From the NCBI GenBank assembly GCA_031272245.1, contig JAISUE010000080.1, positions 1-60,440 on the forward strand: 60,440 nucleotides of DNA, given 5' to 3'. The notes under the pieces are model-generated. The model made no database searches and was not told where the DNA came from. It saw only the letters and a list, made by a program, of their open reading frames with translations. Of the stretch, positions 55,858-60,440 are shown in pieces. The position numbers and the translations under genes are program-made. Source of the stretch: Bacteroidales bacterium (GTDB lineage: Bacteria > Bacteroidota > Bacteroidia > Bacteroidales > P3). The first letter of the stretch is position 1, and each line of letters begins with the position of its first letter.

Positions 55858-58686
55858 ATGAAATGTAAAATAATTTTTTTTCTTTTTCTTTCTATTTTTT
55901 CTTTTTCTCTTATATCTCAAAATTGTATTAAAGAGCGAAAAGGAAAGGCACAATTTGTTAGTCATTTAATACAAAAGATGTCATTGGAAGAAAAAATTGG
56001 ACAGATAATTATGGTTGCCGCCGATAGTGAGACAGGAAAAGCCAATATAAATAATGTAGGAAAGATGATAGATTCTTGTAAAATAGGTGGCGTATGTTTT
56101 TTCAAAGGAACACAGACTGCAGTTGCAAGTTTGACAAAAACATTTAATACTAAATCCAAAATACCTCTTTTTTTTGCTATTGATGCAGAATGGGGAACAG
56201 GAATGCGATTAAGTGATGGATATTCTTTTCCAAGAGCTTTAGCTTTGGGAGCATTGGATTTTAAAGATACATTATTATTATATGAAATGGGGATTAATAT
56301 TGCTCAACAGCTTAAAAATTTGGGTATACAAATTAATTTTGCTCCTTCATTGGATATAAATCTTAATTGGCAAAATCCAATTATTAACTCTCGTTCTTTT
56401 GGAGAAAACAAAGAAAAAGTAACTATTTTATCTCACTATTATATTAAAGGTATGCAAAGTCAAGGTGTTATGGCTGTTGCAAAACATTTTCCGGGTCATG
56501 GTGATACGGAAACTGATTCGCATTTAGACCTTCCTTTGATAACTCACAGTAAGAGTTTTATTGACAGTGTTGATGTTTTTCCTTTCAAATATAATATAAG
56601 TAAAGGACTTTGGGGAATAATGGTTGCTCATCTGTCTATTCCTGCTTTTGAAAATGTAGAGAATGATACAACGAAAATACTTCCTACATCTTTAAATTCA
56701 AAAATTATAAATGATTATCTTATTAATGATTTGAAGTTTAAGGGACTTGTGTTTACCGATGGTTTGAATATGAAAGGTATAACAAAATATTATGGTAGTG
56801 GAGAGGCAGCAGTTATGGCAGTGATAGCGGGAGTAGATGTGTTGTTAATGCCTGAAAATTGTTATGAAGCAGCAAATGCAATTAGAAAAGCTGTGGAAGA
56901 AAACAGAATCAATGAAGAATTAATAGATAAAAAATGTAAAAAAATTATAGAGTGGAAATATGATATGGGATTGTTTTCCGATGAAACATTGGTAATGTCT
57001 GATAATGTTATCGAAAAAGCAAATGAAATAGACAGTCTTTTATCATATTCAGTACTTACTCTTCTTAACAATAAAGATAATATTCTGCCGATAAAAGCAG
57101 ATACTCTTAATTTTTTAATTTATAGTGATTCAAAACTTGATACCCTTGTTGCTGTTATAAGCAAACATTGTGCAGTTAAAATAGTAGAGAATATAAATGC
57201 TCTTGATACAAATACACCTATTTTTATTGCTGTAGGTGGTTCTATTTCGCAAACTGCAGCAACAAATTATGGAGTTTCTTCATTTGTTGTTGCCTCTATT
57301 GATAGTATTGCAAAAACACATAAAAATATTATTTTGTTGCTTTTTGCAAATCCTTATGTTTTGAAATCTTTTGACAGTATTAATTTTAATGCCATTGTAG
57401 TTGCATATCAAACAAATGCCTTGTTACAAAAAGCAGTTGGGAACGCTTTAATGGAAAAAAAATATTATACAGCATCTTTACCTGTCACCGCATCGGAAAA
57501 ATATAAAGTTGGAGATAGTTATAAAGAAAAACCGATAGAATATGATTATTTTTCAGTTGAAAAAGCTGGGTTGGATGTGGATAAATTTCGTAAAATTGAT
57601 TCTATAGCTAATTTGGGAATAAAGAAAAAAGCATATCCGGGTTGTCAAATAGCAGTATTTAAAGACAGTTCTTTAGTATTTTATCGCAATTATGGTTATC
57701 AAACATACGATTCTATTCAAAAAGTTTCTGACAGTACTACTTATGATTTGGCTTCCGTTACAAAAATACTTGCAACAACCATTTCCATTATGAAGTTATA
57801 TGAAGAAAAAAAAATAAATATTAATGATAAACTGTCAGATTATTTGCCATATTTGAAAAAAACAAACAAAGCAAAGATTACTATTAAAGAAACTCTTTCT
57901 CATTATGCACAATTAAAAGCATGGTATCCTTTTTATAAAGAGCAAATGCAAGCTGAGGATTCTTTGAAATATAAGTTTAACAAAGATTATGTATTGAAAA
58001 AAATAATAGAAAGTGATTTAGGAGAAAAAAATAAATATGTATATAGTGATTTGGGTTTTATTTTGCTTGGAGATTTGGTTGAAAAAGTTAGCGAACAATC
58101 ACTTGATGAATTTGCAAAGGAGAATTTTTATGAACCAATGGGACTTGATTACACAGCATTTAATCCTCAAAATAAAATTTCTGATAGTCTTTTTGCACCA
58201 ACGGAACGGGACACTTTATGGAGAAAAACACTTGTTAGTGGGAAAGTTCATGATCAAACTGCAACTCTTATGAATGGAATTGCTGGACATGCGGGTTTAT
58301 TCTCTACGGCAAAAGAAGTTACTGCTTTGTGTGAAGTGTTACTTTGCGGAAAATATAAAGGAGTACAGTATATTGAACCTCAAACGTTAGAAATATTTAA
58401 TAAGCGTTATTTTGAAAAGAAAGGGAATCGTCGTGCATTAGGTTTTGATAAACCTTTTATTAAAGATAAATCAACACATTGTTCTCCTTTTGCATCTCAA
58501 AAAAGCTTTGGTCATAGTGGTTTTACCGGTACTTATTTTTGGATTGACCCTGAATATAATTTAATTTATGTTTTTATTTCTAACAGAGTTTATCCTGATG
58601 CAACAAATAATAAGCTTGCAACTATGAATATTCGTACTGATATTAGTTCTCTTATTTATGAAGCAATAACAAAACAAACAAAATAA
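55858..58686 (+). CDS. periplasmic fusion protein: GH3 beta-N-acetylhexosaminidase (NagZ-like) plus beta-lactamase-fold serine hydrolase
   Basis: Signal peptide. GH3 motif KHFPGHGDTETDSH. The C-terminal half has SxxK (ASVTK), YSD and HSG motifs of class C / AmpH-like hydrolases. Confidence 0.8.
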   Translation: MKCKIIFFLFLSIFSFSLISQNCIKERKGKAQFVSHLIQKMSLEEKIGQIIMVAADSETGKANINNVGKMIDSCKIGGVCFFKGTQTAVASLTKTFNTKSKIPLFFAIDAEWGTGMRLSDGYSFPRALALGALDFKDTLLLYEMGINIAQQLKNLGIQINFAPSLDINLNWQNPIINSRSFGENKEKVTILSHYYIKGMQSQGVMAVAKHFPGHGDTETDSHLDLPLITHSKSFIDSVDVFPFKYNISKGLWGIMVAHLSIPAFENVENDTTKILPTSLNSKIINDYLINDLKFKGLVFTDGLNMKGITKYYGSGEAAVMAVIAGVDVLLMPENCYEAANAIRKAVEENRINEELIDKKCKKIIEWKYDMGLFSDETLVMSDNVIEKANEIDSLLSYSVLTLLNNKDNILPIKADTLNFLIYSDSKLDTLVAVISKHCAVKIVENINALDTNTPIFIAVGGSISQTAATNYGVSSFVVASIDSIAKTHKNIILLLFANPYVLKSFDSINFNAIVVAYQTNALLQKAVGNALMEKKYYTASLPVTASEKYKVGDSYKEKPIEYDYFSVEKAGLDVDKFRKIDSIANLGIKKKAYPGCQIAVFKDSSLVFYRNYGYQTYDSIQKVSDSTTYDLASVTKILATTISIMKLYEEKKININDKLSDYLPYLKKTNKAKITIKETLSHYAQLKAWYPFYKEQMQAEDSLKYKFNKDYVLKKIIESDLGEKNKYVYSDLGFILLGDLVEKVSEQSLDEFAKENFYEPMGLDYTAFNPQNKISDSLFAPTERDTLWRKTLVSGKVHDQTATLMNGIAGHAGLFSTAKEVTALCEVLLCGKYKGVQYIEPQTLEIFNKRYFEKKGNRRALGFDKPFIKDKSTHCSPFASQKSFGHSGFTGTYFWIDPEYNLIYVFISNRVYPDATNNKLATMNIRTDISSLIYEAITKQTK

Positions 58687-58719
58687 ATATTACTAATAAT
58701 ATAAAAAATATTGCTATTT

Positions 58720-59487
58720 ATGAACACAAATGTTTGCATTTCAAATGAAATAAAAAAGAAACTTTTTGACTATGTTGCTGCTTATCATACTGCATCTTTT
58801 ATTACTGACGACCCTGTTCAATTTCCTCATCGTTATGTGAATAAAACAGATATTGAAATATCAGCTTTTATTGCGTCTTGGTTAGCTTACGGAAATAGAA
58901 AATCATTTATCAAAGTTCTTAATATTATCCATAAAGATTTTATTCCAAGTCCTACGGACTATATAAAGAGTAAACATTATCAACATTACGAAAATGATTT
59001 TTCTTCGTTGTATCGCTTTTATAAGAAAAATGATTTTTTTTCTCTTTGTTCAGTTCTTAGTGATATTTATTCTAATAATCAAAGCATGGAAGATGATATA
59101 AAAAAATATATAAACGAAAAAACATTTGAGAATGTTTTGAAATACTTTAACATAAAATTTCAAAATGTAAATGGTATTCCTAAAGATAACAAATCTGCAT
59201 GTAAACGGTTATGTATGTTATTAAGATGGCTTGTTAGAAAAGAAGGAGATGTTGATTTAGGGATATGGAACATTTTAACCCCTTCACAATTAATTATTCC
59301 CGTAGATACGCATGTTTATCAGGTCGCTAAAAATCTTAATATAACTAATCGTAACGTTGTAGATATGAAGACAGCTGAACAGATAACAAAATTTCTTTTA
59401 CAAATATTTCCAAATGATCCATGTCTTGGGGATTTTGCTCTTTTTGGTTTTGGTGTAGAACCCACCAAATATTATATGCAAAAATAA
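58720..59487 (+). CDS. TIGR02757 (DUF2400) family protein
   Basis: DPVQFPHRY...EISAFIASWLAYGNRK...PVDTHV pattern. I start it at the ATG at 58720, since the track start at 58711 is TTG. Confidence 0.65.
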   Translation: MNTNVCISNEIKKKLFDYVAAYHTASFITDDPVQFPHRYVNKTDIEISAFIASWLAYGNRKSFIKVLNIIHKDFIPSPTDYIKSKHYQHYENDFSSLYRFYKKNDFFSLCSVLSDIYSNNQSMEDDIKKYINEKTFENVLKYFNIKFQNVNGIPKDNKSACKRLCMLLRWLVRKEGDVDLGIWNILTPSQLIIPVDTHVYQVAKNLNITNRNVVDMKTAEQITKFLLQIFPNDPCLGDFALFGFGVEPTKYYMQK

Positions 59488-59629
59488 TATGAATGACAGC
59501 TAAAACTATAATTTATAATTAAACAAAATAGCAATTTTTCTTGTGAAAAATAATTTTTGATATTTTGAATATACTTTGTTTATATTATTATCAATATAAT
59601 AATCAAAGTAGAATTTTTCTCATATTTAT

Positions 59630-59660
59630 AAAAAATCTAAAATTCTTTAGATTTTTTTTC
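59630..59660 (+). terminator. rho-independent terminator
   Basis: A-tract, then stem ATCTAAA / TTTAGAT with a 4-nt loop, then a T8 run. Confidence 0.6.
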
Positions 59661-59684
59661 TTTGAATATTTAAAAATAAATTAT

Positions 59685-59692
59685 TACATTTG
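59685..59692 (+). promoter_or_regulatory. -7 box TACATTTG with upstream TTTG (59661-59664)
   Basis: TAnnTTTG plus a TTTG 20 nt upstream, which fits the Bacteroides -33/-7 architecture. Lies 96 nt upstream of the ATG at 59788. Confidence 0.5.
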
Positions 59693-59787
59693 CGGTATCA
59701 ATTAGCAGAGTTTTTGTTTATTTTTTTGATAAAAATACATTTTGCAAAGAAATAATATAATAATGATGCATAAATAACTGATGAGAA

Positions 59788-60440
59788 ATGAAGTGGGATA
59801 TTAAGGGCAATATGCTTATGCACAATAAAGACGGTCATAATATAGGTCGTTTTTGTTGGACGGAAGATAATCGTCTTCAAGCTGCTCATGGCTATCAAAC
59901 ACCGGTTTTTTATAATTATGCTGCGAGTGGCGACAGGAATCTTAAATTGACAGGAGAGTATGTTAATGTATGGGTTAATGGCGGCAATGCAAATATTCCT
60001 GTTTTGAATAATCAGGTGTTGTATGCTTCGGCACTTGTTACTATTAACAATAAGGAATACACCAAACATTACTATGAAGAAGGCAGAAGAATTGCCAGTG
60101 CTATTGGAGGCGGCGGATTTAATGGGACTCAGGACTTAGTTGAGCCGATAGTAGATGATTATGAGACACAGATAAACAATCAAAATGAAGGTTTGCAAAG
60201 TACTTTCACAAATTGTCTTCCAAATATGACAGTGAATATTCAAACAGATAATCTGTATGAACTTACGGTTCAATCAAATGAGCCAATAATTATTCCAAAT
60301 GAACCGCATTATTACTATTTGACAGACCATTTGGGAAGCACCAGTTATATTGTTAATGATTCGGCACAAATAACACAAAAACTTGCTTATATGCCATTTG
60401 GTGAAGACTTTGTTGATTTGAACTATAATACACCTTATCC
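59788..60440 (+). CDS. RHS repeat-associated core domain protein, 5'-short and 3'-truncated by the window end
   Basis: Not in the supplied track because there is no stop before the window end. My translation of the frame-1 reading frame gives MKWDIKGNMLMHNKDGHNIGRFCWTEDNRLQAAHGY...YAASGDRNLKL...EPHYYYLTDHLGSTSYIVNDSAQITQKLAYMPFGEDF. Four in-frame stops (59761-59784) immediately precede the ATG. Confidence 0.75.
   Translation, partial: MKWDIKGNMLMHNKDGHNIGRFCWTEDNRLQAAHGYQTPVFYNYAASGDRNLKLTGEYVNVWVNGGNANIPVLNNQVLYASALVTINNKEYTKHYYEEGRRIASAIGGGGFNGTQDLVEPIVDDYETQINNQNEGLQSTFTNCLPNMTVNIQTDNLYELTVQSNEPIIIPNEPHYYYLTDHLGSTSYIVNDSAQITQKLAYMPFGEDFVDLNYNTPY

Noticed and set aside
59698-60069. 123-aa minus-strand ORF
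   Set aside because: It is antisense to the RHS-core ORF, which has clear family motifs. The minus-frame product is low-complexity and hydrophobic.

Overview
AT-rich chromosomal segment that reads as Bacteroidota. TAnnTTTG-type -7 boxes sit 15-70 nt upstream of most transcription units, there are no obvious Shine-Dalgarno sites, and many proteins carry T9SS C-terminal sorting domains. The backbone is ordinary housekeeping: rpoD, nadD, dapF, DPP-IV, an M23/EnvC-like peptidase, tRNA-Arg(CCG), pepA, ruvB, usp, SPOR, plsC-like, dprA, an nlpC-queA-coaX-OMP-TPR-lptC operon, rmuC, truA, a glycosyltransferase/epimerase operon, lemA, rpe, truB, uppP, gap, a GH3/serine-hydrolase fusion and a TIGR02757 protein. 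Two accessory blocks are embedded in it. (i) 18.1-26.6 kb holds four tightly packed genes for signal-peptide proteins ending in T9SS type A sorting domains. They are built from Cys-framed FN3-like units and MAM-like beta-sandwich modules, and I see no catalytic motif. (ii) 34.7-44.5 kb holds a 1665-aa paralogue of the largest island gene. It is transcribed divergently from a 1060-aa T9SS type B cargo (CUB-like region, proprotein-convertase-type P domain but no protease, PKD-like unit), which is followed by a secreted Lys/Glu-rich repeat protein. Seven predicted T9SS cargos occupy about 17.8 kb (roughly 30%) of the window, and no T9SS machinery gene is present. The window ends inside an ORF (from 59788) carrying the RHS repeat-associated core signature (YYYLTDHLGSTSY...YMPFGE). 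That ORF starts only about 170 codons upstream of the motif and has its own promoter-like box. I found no CRISPR array, transposase, integrase, reverse transcriptase or recognisable defence system. All functional calls come from motif reading by eye; no database search was possible.
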